Below, piece by piece: positions 1 to 8,535 of a DNA stretch of 64,000 nt; position 1 is the first letter of the stretch; every line of letters starts with the position of its first letter. Under the pieces are notes generated by a model. It was given only the letters and a program-made list of their open reading frames with translations. It searched no databases and was not told where the DNA came from. This stretch comes from a virus, in IMG/VR virus record IMGVR_UViG_3300046665_000361, positions 1-64,000 of that record. One strand, written 5' to 3'. The position numbers and the translations under genes were made by a program.

Positions 1-18
1 ACATGTGGAGTTCGACTG

Positions 19-285
19 ATGTCATTTAGCGATGAAGACTTCGGAAGATACCTACTTGAGGCCAGGGAGAACGCTAAGCTTTTACCTAGTCGGCAGTTAG
101 CTGGAACTCTCCCGAGACGGTATCCGTAGTCCGAACCCTTTGTGCCGGTGGTGAGGTTTGGCACTTTAGCTTATCGAATTGGAAACTTCCCAGCCCGTAC
201 ATTCACCAACGGTTGGAAAGACCGGTTCAAGTCTAAGCTGGCCATCGCTATCCATCGAGCTATTAATTCTGAAGGTGATCAATGA
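19..285 (+). pseudogene. Small gene interrupted by one in-frame TAG (127-129)
   Basis: ATG at 19 overlaps an upstream TGA (TGATG), with GGAG at 7-10. The frame reads MSFSDEDFGRYLLEARENAKLLPSRQLAGTLPRRYP*SEPFVPVVRFGTLAYRIGNFPARTFTNGWKDRFKSKLAIAIHRAINSEGDQ* and ends in an ATGA overlap with the next gene. Confidence 0.5.
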
Positions 286-512
286 TCAAACTAATCTTTC
301 TGGTGGTTTACTTCACAGCCATGATGGCCTTGGCTTATTGGTTACTGAGTCCAAGTAACGATAAGACCCATGCGTCGCTACCATTGCGAGAACGAGCCAA
401 AGTAACTTCGTGGCGCATTCTCGCAGCGGCGGTATGGTCGTTGGTTCTCGGCGGGTTAGTTCTTCTCGGCGTTTCCAAAGAACTGGCTTCATTGAAGTAT
501 CTGTTCTCCTGA
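282..512 (+). CDS. Small hypothetical membrane protein (2 hydrophobic segments)
   Basis: 76-aa ORF, GAAGGTG upstream, two long hydrophobic stretches. Confidence 0.7.
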   Translation: MIKLIFLVVYFTAMMALAYWLLSPSNDKTHASLPLRERAKVTSWRILAAAVWSLVLGGLVLLGVSKELASLKYLFS

Positions 513-523
513 GTTGAATCAAC

Positions 524-542
524 TTTTTTACAGTCATACATT
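524..542 (+). promoter_or_regulatory. Putative phage early promoter (TTTACAGTCATACATT)
   Basis: Near-identical copies at 33118-33139 and 34340-34364, each upstream of small accessory genes. Resembles the AT-rich phiKZ early promoter (TATATTAC core). Confidence 0.65.
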
Positions 543-582
543 CTCCTGCTGACTACATGCAACAATATCCGCAGGAGGATAT

Positions 583-741
583 ATGAAAGAAGTAATCATT
601 CTGGCAATCGGTATTGGGCTTGGTGCGTACATCATGCGAATCAAGTACAAAAACCAGGAAGAATTCGAAGAGAAGGTCGCCGAAGAAGTGGCCGCTCGTC
701 GCAAAGCTGAAACTGCTGCTGATCGCGCAGCAACTGCATAA
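583..741 (+). CDS. 52-aa single-pass membrane protein (not in the ORF track)
   Basis: AGGAGG SD at 573-578; MKEVIILAIGIGLGAYIMRIKYKNQEEFEEKVAEEVAARRKAETAADRAATA*; flanked by its own promoter motif and terminator. Confidence 0.8.
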   Translation: MKEVIILAIGIGLGAYIMRIKYKNQEEFEEKVAEEVAARRKAETAADRAATA

Positions 742-747
742 GCAGAG

Positions 748-791
748 ACACTCCAGGGCTTGCGCCCTGGAGTGTACTCCTTCTTTTTTTT
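748..791 (+). terminator. Hairpin terminator with displaced U-tract
   Basis: ACACTCCAGGGC-TTGC-GCCCTGGAGTGT, then ACTCCTTC, then T8; lies between convergent genes. Confidence 0.8.
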
Positions 792-793
792 GT

Positions 794-1477
794 TTACGGA
801 GTAGACGGTGTATCACCAGTCCCCGTATCTGTGCCTGTACCTGGAGCACTACCTTCCAACTCGTCTACCTTGGCTTGCAGGGTTTCAATGAGTTCGATGT
901 AAGTAGCTTCGGCATTTTGTAACGTTGTGACTTGTTCTTGCAACTTCAGAATTTGAGCGTAAGGCGTGCTGTTATTCTTGATTGCCGCAAGGCGTGCCGC
1001 ACTGGCAGCTGCTGCCTGCGTCTGCGTCACCGCATCAGTGGTTGGCGCTACAGCGATAGTCACGGTAGGACTCACTCCAATGTCATCCGCTACAGCTTGC
1101 TGGATGGCTTGAGTCAATCGAGTCGTATCGTACGTAGCAGGCAGCATCCCACAACTCGCAGTCGCCACTACCCAGTTGTGAGCAACGACGCCCATGTTCG
1201 GATAAGAGTCGACATACGTGTCAGGCACGAATACCGGCTTAACTGACACGTTAGTCAGAGTCACCAATACCGCACCGGCCGCCAGATCGTCTTGGTAGTT
1301 CTGTTGTGTAAGGCCTGCTTTATCGTAGACCTCTTTGAAGACATCGAATCCGCGGCCTGTGAGTTCGCTGAATTCCTCAAGACCACCTACCCGATACGAC
1401 AGGTTAGGGTTAACGGTAAAGGGGAGTCTCAGTTGGAACAAGCCTTCGGAGCCAATCGGTGGAGTGACTCTGGCCAT
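794..1477 (-). CDS. Conserved jumbo-phage protein, probably virion-associated; C-terminal coiled coil and G/T-rich tail
   Basis: 227-aa ORF directly downstream of the 441-aa gene; N-terminus MARVTPPIG..GLFQLRLPF resembles phiKZ-like phage proteins; heptad-like C-terminus. Confidence 0.65.
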   Translation of the reverse strand: MARVTPPIGSEGLFQLRLPFTVNPNLSYRVGGLEEFSELTGRGFDVFKEVYDKAGLTQQNYQDDLAAGAVLVTLTNVSVKPVFVPDTYVDSYPNMGVVAHNWVVATASCGMLPATYDTTRLTQAIQQAVADDIGVSPTVTIAVAPTTDAVTQTQAAAASAARLAAIKNNSTPYAQILKLQEQVTTLQNAEATYIELIETLQAKVDELEGSAPGTGTDTGTGDTPSTP

Positions 1478-1480
1478 GGA

Positions 1481-2806
1481 TTAGATCCCCACCGCTTCGA
1501 CACTGACCTTGGTAGTAACCAGGTACTCGTACTTGTTGTAAGACGTCGAGATATAGATGACGCCATCCCGGATGGTACGGTTGAAGCCCTGAGGAACGCC
1601 AGAGTCAGCGGTCAGCTCTTCCCCGTACATCAACATCTGGTTGAGCAGCAGGACAAAGTTACGAGTGATCGTCGACATCGACAAGAAGTCGGGATGGGTA
1701 GTCGGTACGTTGATGTAGTCAGGCATCACATCAGAAAAATGATCGATGCCGTTTCTGTTCTCAGGGCCGCCTACTACCGAACACATGACCGAACGGAAGG
1801 TCGAGGGTACGATCTCCAGGACTTCATCAATGTGCGGATTGGTATAACCTACGCCTTTGCAGGTAGCGTGACACATGGCCATGGCTTTCTGCACGCCGGT
1901 GATGCCGCGATAGATGCCGCGTTCACGGTTACCGTTTGGGCGGGCGAGGTCAGTCCACATTGGCGTGAAGATGAATTCGGTCGAGGTGAAGAGATCTGGA
2001 AAGATCTCAGCCCATTCATCACGGGTATGATCGGAGTTATCGAGGATATAGTCCCTGATAGCTTCTTTGACGTTGTCAAGGTTGTCGCCAGCCGCGCCGT
2101 AGATCACCGTCACCCAGTTGGTATCAGCCTGGAGGGTGTGGTCATCCTTGTTCTGCCAAGTGAAGACATCGTTTCGCAGAACGGTCTCAGGAAAGATACC
2201 GCGCGCAACTCCGATCTTGGCAAAGGTGTCAGTTTGCTGAATAGCGGCCAACAACGCAGTCACTTCGTCGTAGTCACCGAAGAACTGATCGAGCGGGATG
2301 ATTGGCGGCACCACCAGAATGGTGAATTCATCGTACTGGTTATAGAACGAAACGTCTGAGAACCAGATGCGCCAGTTGACCGAGATTGACAGGTTCTTCG
2401 GCGCGATGTTGATATATTCAGGAGCATAAAAATTCCCGAATGGCAGCATCTTGCCAGATGCGATCAAATCGTACTTGTCGCCGAAGTTGGTAATGAAAGC
2501 CTGCTGAAAAGAATCCTTGGTCTCGTTGAACGCGCCGCTGCGAGCAGTGGCGTATGTCCAGTTCATGGCTTCAAGGCACGACATCGCTGTCGCGTCTTCA
2601 ACATCACTGACGACGCCGTCGATCTTGTACGAGAAACCGATCAAGGTTTCATTCGGGTAGGCCGCTGCCACGTTCTCCGTGGGTTGGCCTTTGATGAACG
2701 TGCGGGACATAGCCGACAGTTCACCGATAGGAGCTACTACCCCAGGCGTGTTGTCTACGAGCGGTCCAATTTGGGCAAACGCTTTGAAAATCTTCACAGG
2801 GTGCAC
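1481..2806 (-). CDS. Virion structural protein (phiKZ gp157-like)
   Basis: 441-aa ORF with the motifs VAPIGELS and W..IFPDLF..TEFI..P.W; next to RNase H as in phiKZ-like phages. The start may be the GTG three codons downstream. Confidence 0.65.
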   Translation of the reverse strand: MHPVKIFKAFAQIGPLVDNTPGVVAPIGELSAMSRTFIKGQPTENVAAAYPNETLIGFSYKIDGVVSDVEDATAMSCLEAMNWTYATARSGAFNETKDSFQQAFITNFGDKYDLIASGKMLPFGNFYAPEYINIAPKNLSISVNWRIWFSDVSFYNQYDEFTILVVPPIIPLDQFFGDYDEVTALLAAIQQTDTFAKIGVARGIFPETVLRNDVFTWQNKDDHTLQADTNWVTVIYGAAGDNLDNVKEAIRDYILDNSDHTRDEWAEIFPDLFTSTEFIFTPMWTDLARPNGNRERGIYRGITGVQKAMAMCHATCKGVGYTNPHIDEVLEIVPSTFRSVMCSVVGGPENRNGIDHFSDVMPDYINVPTTHPDFLSMSTITRNFVLLLNQMLMYGEELTADSGVPQGFNRTIRDGVIYISTSYNKYEYLVTTKVSVEAVGI

Positions 2807-2935
2807 CTCGGGTTATCATTCTCAAAGACGTTAAATCAAGAGAACTCAAAGATATGACTGTTGACCACGTAAAAACTTACGTAGTCTAGCCTGGGACTAT
2901 ATTATTTTTCAAGGATTCTCATAGAGGGTTTCACA

Positions 2936-3397
2936 GTGTCTGGGTCGACCTTGCTACTCATCGTGAAGTCTCTTATCCCTCTAGCACGAGAAATCATTTT
3001 TAAGGATAAAGACCTAAAGGCCTTCCTGCTTGCTAACAAGGTTGGCAGTATCCTGTTTGGTTGCCTTGTGTTCCTGTTCTTGGCGTTCCTTTACGTCGCA
3101 GAACTTGCGGATAATTCTTCACGCGAAATTGAGAAATTGAAGTTCAGTGGCGGATATGACTCCGCTAACATCATCGACCTGAAGGGACAGATCGAGAGCT
3201 TGAAAGCCGATAAGGGTTTGCTTATGCAGCAACTCCAGCGGTGTGGTGTACCACCTGCAACACTACCGGGTCTACCGGATAATAAACTGCCTCCAACACA
3301 AATCATCAACAAGGCGAGTAAGACTCAGGATAAACCCACTAGCGATGGCCTGAAATCTTACTTTGAAGAACGACTGCGAGCATTAGAACAACGGTAA
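2936..3397 (+). CDS. Membrane-anchored coiled-coil protein, putative inner spanin
   Basis: Single TM (SILFGCLVFLFLAFLYVA), then coiled coil, a Cys, a Pro-rich linker and a C-terminal helix; followed 5 nt later by a lipoprotein gene. Confidence 0.5.
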   Translation: MSGSTLLLIVKSLIPLAREIIFKDKDLKAFLLANKVGSILFGCLVFLFLAFLYVAELADNSSREIEKLKFSGGYDSANIIDLKGQIESLKADKGLLMQQLQRCGVPPATLPGLPDNKLPPTQIINKASKTQDKPTSDGLKSYFEERLRALEQR

Positions 3398-3402
3398 TCG
3401 CC

Positions 3403-3759
3403 ATGCTAAAAAACAGACTCCTGCTAAAGTTTACATGTCTATTGCTAGGGTCGTGCACTATAACCCCTCAGTCGTCAGTGTATATCTACACCAACGACAA
3501 TCAACCGGCCCATGAAGTAAAGGCGGTAGTTAATGGATCGCCTAGCAAGGATGACAAGTGTACCGAGCTTGAGCTCACCGAGTTGAAGGAGTATGCACTG
3601 CCCAAGCTCCCAACGGTCGATAAGCTCGACACCAATGACCCGCAGGCCGCCAAGGTCATGATGGGTACGTTGTTTGATACGCTTGAGATTCACCGCAAAG
3701 AAATCCGACGTTTGCAGGCTGCCTACAGATGTACACTCGAAGGTCATCGAACTAAATAG
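3403..3759 (+). CDS. Lipoprotein, putative outer spanin
   Basis: Basic N-terminus, hydrophobic core and lipobox LLGS-C; further Cys residues; Pro-containing mid-region. Confidence 0.5.
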   Translation: MLKNRLLLKFTCLLLGSCTITPQSSVYIYTNDNQPAHEVKAVVNGSPSKDDKCTELELTELKEYALPKLPTVDKLDTNDPQAAKVMMGTLFDTLEIHRKEIRRLQAAYRCTLEGHRTK

Positions 3760-3816
3760 TCAAAAGCTACAAAGACTACTAATTCTTTAGGCGAACTCGA
3801 GTATAGGAAACCTCAG

Positions 3817-5313
3817 ATGTCTGAGTTAACAGCCACACTTAACGAAAAAGCTATACTCTACATTGACGGCGGATGGGATCTCGATCGGCGCTATGCGGGT
3901 CGGGGCGTCCACGGGTATATCTACAACGATGATGCACCCAAACGGGGCACGGGTAATCCCAAAGCAGTACCTACAGATAACGGGTACATTGGGGTTGACA
4001 TCATCGGTAACAAGGTGACGGTCGAAACCTACTTTGACATCGTGGGCGGTAGTCGGACACTGATCAGTAATAACGAGTCTGAGCTCGAAGCATTGCTGGA
4101 AGGATTCAAATATCTGGTGATTCGTCCAGACCTCAAGTTTGTCCAGATCTACTCTGACTCTATGTATGTGGTCAAGGGTGTGGATCACTTGCTGGACTGG
4201 ATGAGTCGTGATGGGATGACAGTACGCAATACTGCGGTGAAGTCATGGCCTCTGTGGAAGAAGGTAGGTGAGCTGTATGTCGCTCTCAAGGACATCGTCG
4301 AAATAAAGCTGGCGCATATCCCACGAGATGCCAGCATCGGTAACTCCACAGCCGATGCATTAGCAGCACGAGGAATCGTGCTGGCCAGTAATGACGATCC
4401 TAAGGTGGTGATTACGGAATCGCCTGCTCAGGGGTATTGGAATGTCAAGAGTGTGGTGCCCAGGATCTTGCAGGCGCCTCGTTGGTACTTCTCGACTACC
4501 GACCATGACTACAAACGTGAGGATGGCTCCCACGTCTACTACACCGGCTCTCATGGGACCAAGGATAAGGAAGACGAACTGTACGGCAAGCACTACTCGG
4601 ATAACTTTCTGGGTGTCGTCAGAGTCATGGAACCAGATCCGGTCATGGAGAATCTGCGTCAAGCAGCCATGTCTAAAGATCCGAAGCAATACGGGGCGAT
4701 CATCATTGGTCACCTTGATGCGATCTTTATGCCCAAGACCTACAAGGAACTCACGGAGCATGGAACGACGTTCCTCTTCAATGATCCCAAGCGTAACACG
4801 TTGCTCGATGCCAAGGATGTAAAACTCCTGGTAGAGATGCGGCCAGCTGGGCTCGGCTTCCGTGGGGTGAACCAGTGGGAGAGTATGACAAGGGTTCTGG
4901 ATGGCGTGATGGCCAATGATGGCGCATATGTCACCACAGACATCACAAACATACTCTATGAGGAGCGGGAGGAGAAAAAGAAAACCGTCCGCAAACTCGG
5001 GCCCGGAATCAGCCAGATTACCAAGTTCCTCGACCTTAAAGTTACTTTTAATCTCGAGCGGTTGCAGGATGCACCGAAACCTTTCGAAGGAAAGATACGG
5101 GTGATACTTGGAGCTGACATCCTCTCCAGGAACCAGTTATCAGCTTTGGCAGAAGATGTAAAGTCTGTTAGGGTAGTGACTTGGAGGGATTCCGACGTGG
5201 TAGGGAGATACGCTACTATCGTTGAGTTGAATTCTGGTGATATTGGTATTTGGGTACGCACGGCAGCTAACCTGTACTACGCTGTTAAACAACCCAAACT
5301 CAATCCATCGTAG
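3817..5313 (+). CDS. rnh: Ribonuclease H with long C-terminal extension (phiKZ gp155-like)
   Basis: RNase HI catalytic pattern: YIDGG, NNESELEA, IYSDSMYV, GNSTADALA. Confidence 0.88.
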   Translation: MSELTATLNEKAILYIDGGWDLDRRYAGRGVHGYIYNDDAPKRGTGNPKAVPTDNGYIGVDIIGNKVTVETYFDIVGGSRTLISNNESELEALLEGFKYLVIRPDLKFVQIYSDSMYVVKGVDHLLDWMSRDGMTVRNTAVKSWPLWKKVGELYVALKDIVEIKLAHIPRDASIGNSTADALAARGIVLASNDDPKVVITESPAQGYWNVKSVVPRILQAPRWYFSTTDHDYKREDGSHVYYTGSHGTKDKEDELYGKHYSDNFLGVVRVMEPDPVMENLRQAAMSKDPKQYGAIIIGHLDAIFMPKTYKELTEHGTTFLFNDPKRNTLLDAKDVKLLVEMRPAGLGFRGVNQWESMTRVLDGVMANDGAYVTTDITNILYEEREEKKKTVRKLGPGISQITKFLDLKVTFNLERLQDAPKPFEGKIRVILGADILSRNQLSALAEDVKSVRVVTWRDSDVVGRYATIVELNSGDIGIWVRTAANLYYAVKQPKLNPS

Positions 5314-5322
5314 AGGTTCTCT

Positions 5323-5736
5323 ATGAGTGCCACCTCACCTACACCGCGCAGACGCGCTAGTGATTTGGAGCCACAGGGCAATCGCCAGCCCCAAGCTCCA
5401 AATTACGGCATAAAACGCATGATCTTCATCGCGTCCATGTTCTTCTCGTTGACTGGGGTAAAGGATCCCACCTTCGATCAGCTCAAGGACGTGAACAAGC
5501 GTTTTCATCTGGCGCATGGTGACCGCACCCTACTCTTTCCGGCTGCTATTAGCGGGATGGTCTGGGGTAAGATTGACCTGAATGGATATCTGGCGCAATA
5601 CAAGGAAGGCGCTAAGAGCTTCCTGGATTTGGCGAGACAGATCGTTGCAGACGCGCCGTTCTGGACTCGTTATGGGGAGCCCGAAGTTGTTGCAGACGAT
5701 ATCAAAGCAGTGTTCGATAGCGTTAAAGTTGCGTGA
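5323..5736 (+). CDS. Hypothetical protein
   Basis: 137-aa ORF, GAGG SD overlapping the upstream stop, followed by a hairpin. Confidence 0.7.
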   Translation: MSATSPTPRRRASDLEPQGNRQPQAPNYGIKRMIFIASMFFSLTGVKDPTFDQLKDVNKRFHLAHGDRTLLFPAAISGMVWGKIDLNGYLAQYKEGAKSFLDLARQIVADAPFWTRYGEPEVVADDIKAVFDSVKVA

Positions 5737-5742
5737 GTGACG

Positions 5743-5769
5743 CCCTCATCCGGCCTAGCCGGATGAGGG
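5743..5769. terminator. Hairpin between convergent genes
   Basis: CCCTCATCCGGC-CTA-GCCGGATGAGGG, a 12-bp perfect stem. Confidence 0.7.
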
Positions 5770-5775
5770 TGGCTT

Positions 5776-6645
5776 TTATGCTTCGGTCTTGGGGATTTGA
5801 GTCAGAAGCTGGTCACGCGTATTGAGCATTGATTCGCTCAGCTGTTCTGTCAGATCCATCAGCACAGCGCCGGCTGTGATAGTGATGCCGACTTTGTAGA
5901 ACAGGTCCGACAATTGCGAGGTCACAAGGCCCGACATCTCGGTGTGCTCTTCTGTTTCCAGAGTAGCCTTGAGCGCCTTGGTCAATTCACCAAGACGTTC
6001 CAACAGTTTCTGGATACCCGAGAAGTCCACCGCAGCCAGATCGGCGTTGAGGTGGTTGATCAGTTGGTATGCGCGATCCACATCGGCATTACGATCAACT
6101 ACGCTCGAAAGAGTAGCCGATGTCTTGCTGTGACTTGCGAAGACCTTCTTCATTTTCTCGAAATCTTCACCATCTACCAACGCGATGGTGCCGGTCAGGT
6201 TACGGATACCCGACTGTGCTTTCAACCGAGTAGGTTCGGTCAATGCCTGGGCCAACTTGGTGTTGATCAGACGCAAGGTGGTATCGGCGGTGGTGACTGG
6301 CGGCAGGATGTCCTTGATCAGCAGTTCAAGGAATGGAATCCACTTGCCATTGAAACCGGCCGGTACGGTCACTTCCAGCAGGCGAGACTTGCTGAAGTCA
6401 AACGTGCGCAGACGCTCAACCACTTCTTTGGCATCGATGAACTGTTTACGATAGTTCGTAACCTTGAGGCCATTGATGAAGGTGGTGAGGGTGGTCAGGT
6501 AGTCCTGGAAGGAAGACTTCAGGGTGTCTACGAGCGGAATGCTGGCAGACTCTGTGCTGAGCTGTGCTCCTTTCGAGACAATGTATTCCAGGTTATTCAT
6601 TGCTTCTTCGGAATACTGTTTGAGGCTATCGGGAGTGCTTGGCAT
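5776..6645 (-). CDS. Virion (head) protein, phiKZ gp153-like
   Basis: 289-aa helical protein divergent from uvsX; LSTES candidate prohead-protease site near the N-terminus; VTVPAGFNG motif. Confidence 0.6.
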   Translation of the reverse strand: MPSTPDSLKQYSEEAMNNLEYIVSKGAQLSTESASIPLVDTLKSSFQDYLTTLTTFINGLKVTNYRKQFIDAKEVVERLRTFDFSKSRLLEVTVPAGFNGKWIPFLELLIKDILPPVTTADTTLRLINTKLAQALTEPTRLKAQSGIRNLTGTIALVDGEDFEKMKKVFASHSKTSATLSSVVDRNADVDRAYQLINHLNADLAAVDFSGIQKLLERLGELTKALKATLETEEHTEMSGLVTSQLSDLFYKVGITITAGAVLMDLTEQLSESMLNTRDQLLTQIPKTEA

Positions 6646-6741
6646 AGACGGACCCTAGTATGTTGGATGAGCTCATAACAGAGCCTATTTATTTACACAG
6701 TATCGTTATCTTGTGATAAACACTTCTTTGGAGCAACCACT

Positions 6742-8250
6742 GTGTTTGCAGACTTTTTCGAAAAGAAAGCTGATCCGTTCTATCCGATGCCAAACACTGG
6801 CACTGTCCTTGACTGCTCGGCCGGTCAATGGGTGTTAGGTCACAAAGGCCAATGGATCATGAACGGTGGCTTCGCCCTGTTCTGGTCGATTGGTGCAATG
6901 CCGAACATGGGTAAGTCCACTCTGGCTGCTGCCGTATCTGGCGCTGTACTGCGAGCGTTCTCGAAGTCCTCTATGCACGTCCACGATGCTGAGACTACCA
7001 TGGTCATCGAACGTATCGAAGCCCTCGTACGTCGCGGCATGGGGGCTCGTACAGCCTACAACAATGTTCCTGAGAACCTGTTGGAAGCTGGGCGGATGTT
7101 TTTCACACGGTCTGTGGATTACAACGCCACGGAACTGTTCTCCCTCGTCAAGAAGTTCTGCAAAGATCGACTCAAGAACGAGAAGAAGGTCAAGCTGGAA
7201 ATCATCCACCCGGATACCGGCAAGCCTTACGAATACCTGACGCCGACCATTTCGTTCTGGGACTCTTTCTCGGCCATGAAGTCTCAGACGGCTGAAGAGA
7301 TGCTCGAAGAGAACGACATCGGCCACAAAGACAACAACATGCTCGCAATGCGGGCTAACAGTGGTAAGAGTCAGATCGTCGATCAGATCAGCGACCTCTG
7401 CGCCAAGCATGCGTTCTATCTTGTCGCTACGTCTCAAGTCGGCCAGGCGTATGAACTCGATCCTAAGAAGCCGTCTCAGAAGCTTCTGAAGATGCACAAA
7501 GGCGAAGTGAAACTCAAGCGAGTGCCTGAGAACTTCAGCTTCTCTACCGGTAACTGCTACATCATCACGGGTTACTCACCGTTGATCAACGGTTCTGGTA
7601 AAGATACCGAACCGTACTACCCGTACGAGCCAGGTGATGAAGCACAAGCCAGCGACCTGATCAAGATCACCATCAGCAACATGCGCGGCAAATACGGCAT
7701 CTCCGGTGTGCCGTTCCCGTTCCTCATGTCTCAGAACGAAGGCATGTTGATCGATCTGTCGAACTACTACTGGCTCAAAGAAGACTGTGGTGGTTTCGGT
7801 GTGTTTGCTCACGACAAGGGCAATCGTTTCTTCGCCCCGGCTCTGATGCCAGATATCAAACTTCAGCGTACTGACCTGCGCCTGAAGATGCGTGAGAATC
7901 CAAAGATCGGACGAGCGTGGCTGATCCTCGTTGAGATGTATTGGGAGTTCACTTACAACAACAAACTCGACCAGTCTTTGGTTTGCGACCCTACTGCTCT
8001 CTATGGAGAGATCAAGAATATGGGGTATGACTGGAATTTGCTGTTAGATACCCGCTTCTGGTTCATGACCGTTGAGGATGGGGAAAAGATCCCTTACCTC
8101 TCAACTATGGACTTGCTGCGCATTCGGGCTGGTCGTTACCACCCGTACTGGTATCCCAAGTCACGCAAAGAAATGGGCCTGCCGCCGGTCACCGAAACTG
8201 GTGCTCCGCCAGAGCCTCCGAAGGCTACTGTAATAGGACCTGCTACATGA
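6742..8250 (+). CDS. uvsX: UvsX/RecA-like recombinase (phiKZ gp152-like)
   Basis: Walker A AMPNMGKST, HDAETT, Walker B SFWDSFS, RGKYGISG; GTG start with GGAG SD. Confidence 0.85.
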   Translation: MFADFFEKKADPFYPMPNTGTVLDCSAGQWVLGHKGQWIMNGGFALFWSIGAMPNMGKSTLAAAVSGAVLRAFSKSSMHVHDAETTMVIERIEALVRRGMGARTAYNNVPENLLEAGRMFFTRSVDYNATELFSLVKKFCKDRLKNEKKVKLEIIHPDTGKPYEYLTPTISFWDSFSAMKSQTAEEMLEENDIGHKDNNMLAMRANSGKSQIVDQISDLCAKHAFYLVATSQVGQAYELDPKKPSQKLLKMHKGEVKLKRVPENFSFSTGNCYIITGYSPLINGSGKDTEPYYPYEPGDEAQASDLIKITISNMRGKYGISGVPFPFLMSQNEGMLIDLSNYYWLKEDCGGFGVFAHDKGNRFFAPALMPDIKLQRTDLRLKMRENPKIGRAWLILVEMYWEFTYNNKLDQSLVCDPTALYGEIKNMGYDWNLLLDTRFWFMTVEDGEKIPYLSTMDLLRIRAGRYHPYWYPKSRKEMGLPPVTETGAPPEPPKATVIGPAT

Positions 8251-8528
8251 CTACTAAGTCCCTGGTCGCTAAAGTGCGCGACCTCCTGCAAGATAAAAAG
8301 CCTTCGCAAGCCAAGGTGTTTGAAAGCACGTTTGTTTCGAAGGGTAATGACGAGGACGATCTGATCGAACTCAATCACTACTTCCGTCGTCGTCTGGCTG
8401 ACGCGCCTTGCGCAACGCTCGATGAGCGCGAGTGCCTGCGTGACGACCTGCATCCTACGATGTGGGCCAAGTACTTCGAGTCGCATGTCCTGCCGACAGT
8501 GATTCGTTTCGATCTGCTCAAGGGGTGA
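8247..8528 (+). CDS. Hypothetical protein
   Basis: 93-aa ORF, ATGA-coupled to uvsX. Confidence 0.75.
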   Translation: MTTKSLVAKVRDLLQDKKPSQAKVFESTFVSKGNDEDDLIELNHYFRRRLADAPCATLDERECLRDDLHPTMWAKYFESHVLPTVIRFDLLKG

Positions 8529-8535
8529 TGATGTC

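Noticed and set aside
127-129. Genome-wide TAG recoding (genetic code 15)
   Set aside because: Long conserved genes have no internal TAG, and several end at TAG followed by a terminator or the next SD.
614-922. 102-aa + strand ORF and 553-849 minus-strand ORF from the track
   Set aside because: They cross a terminator and overlap the better-supported 583-741 and 794-1477 genes.
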